Source: Armatimonadota bacterium (GTDB lineage Bacteria; Sysuimicrobiota; Sysuimicrobiia; Sysuimicrobiales; Kaftiobacteriaceae). From it: a stretch of 64,000 nucleotides of DNA. How positions within the stretch are numbered: position 1 is the first letter of the stretch; each line of letters opens with the position of its first letter. Below are positions 63,456-64,000 of this stretch, piece by piece. Where the stretch lies: assembly GCA_037440005.1 (NCBI GenBank), contig JBBIUY010000010.1:20475-84474 (forward strand), written 5' to 3'. The notes beneath the pieces were generated by a model. It worked only from the letters and a program-made list of their open reading frames with translations. It was not told the DNA's origin and did not search any database. The position numbers and the translations under genes were made by a program.

Positions 63456-63833
63456 CTACGGGGCCACGGTGATGGTGGTCTTCATGCCGGCCTCCAGGTG
63501 GCCGGGAATGTTGCAGACCACCTCGTAGGTGCCCGGCCGCAGGTCCACGGTGATCTCCTTGGACCCGCCGGCGGGGATGGCGTCCACCTCCACGCCCAGC
63601 CCTTCGATGACGAAGTTGTGCTCGATGGTGCCCTCGTTCTTGATGACCAGGGTCGTCTTGCCGGCCTTCAGCGGCGTGCCGGGAAACGCGATGGCCCACT
63701 CGGTCTCGGTCACGGTGACGGCTCCCGCCGCCGGCGCCGCCGGCTGTGTCCCGCGGGGGCCTCCGCCCCCGCAGCCGGCGGCCAGAACCGCCACGGCGGC
63801 CAGCGCCGCCCACCGCCCCATCCGCCTGCCCAT
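63456..63833 (-). CDS. Cupredoxin-domain lipoprotein
   Basis: Lipobox LAAGC; HN...CNIPGHLEAGM type-1 copper ligands. Confidence 0.88.
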   Translation of the reverse strand: MGRRMGRWAALAAVAVLAAGCGGGGPRGTQPAAPAAGAVTVTETEWAIAFPGTPLKAGKTTLVIKNEGTIEHNFVIEGLGVEVDAIPAGGSKEITVDLRPGTYEVVCNIPGHLEAGMKTTITVAP

Positions 63834-64000
63834 AGGATCCCTCCCGGGTGAGTGTGATGTGGGACAAACCGCCCCCAGAATAGCAAAGCGCGCCCCGGGT
63901 GCCTAGGCGTCCCCGGCCCGCCCGATCCGCGGGCGGGGACTAGGCTGTCCTGTTTGGATGTAGTGTTTGCACTTGGGAGCCTCCCCCAAGGAAAGGGAGG

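Overview
High-GC bacterial chromosomal segment; gene content loosely suggests an Armatimonadota-like lineage, which is a weak inference. Bases 1-17.1 kb hold a type IV pilus locus on the minus strand. A sigma70 promoter and a c-di-GMP-I riboswitch precede a SigB/SigF-type sigma factor, a MerR protein, two Roadblock/LC7 proteins, two PilB ATPases (one TPR-fused), PilT, PilC, a four-helix-bundle gene, two pilins, a TPR protein and two O-antigen-ligase-like genes. A recurring CTA(G/A)-N13-15-GGG(C/T)A motif lies upstream of several of these genes. The rest is mostly housekeeping: alaS-ruvX-mltG, rpsU, a rearranged acyl-CoA ligase/Liv-type ABC cluster, polyamine genes, comEA with an ECF sigma/anti-sigma/RseB set, ilvE-leuS, rplU-rpmA-obgE-nadD-rsfS, radC-mreBCD-mrdA-rodA-rng and tatAC. 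The most striking feature is an intact tRNA-Ala(GGC) gene nested inside the Leu T-box riboswitch of ilvE-leuS, at the Stem III position. All calls come from reading the sequence and recognising motifs; no searches were run.
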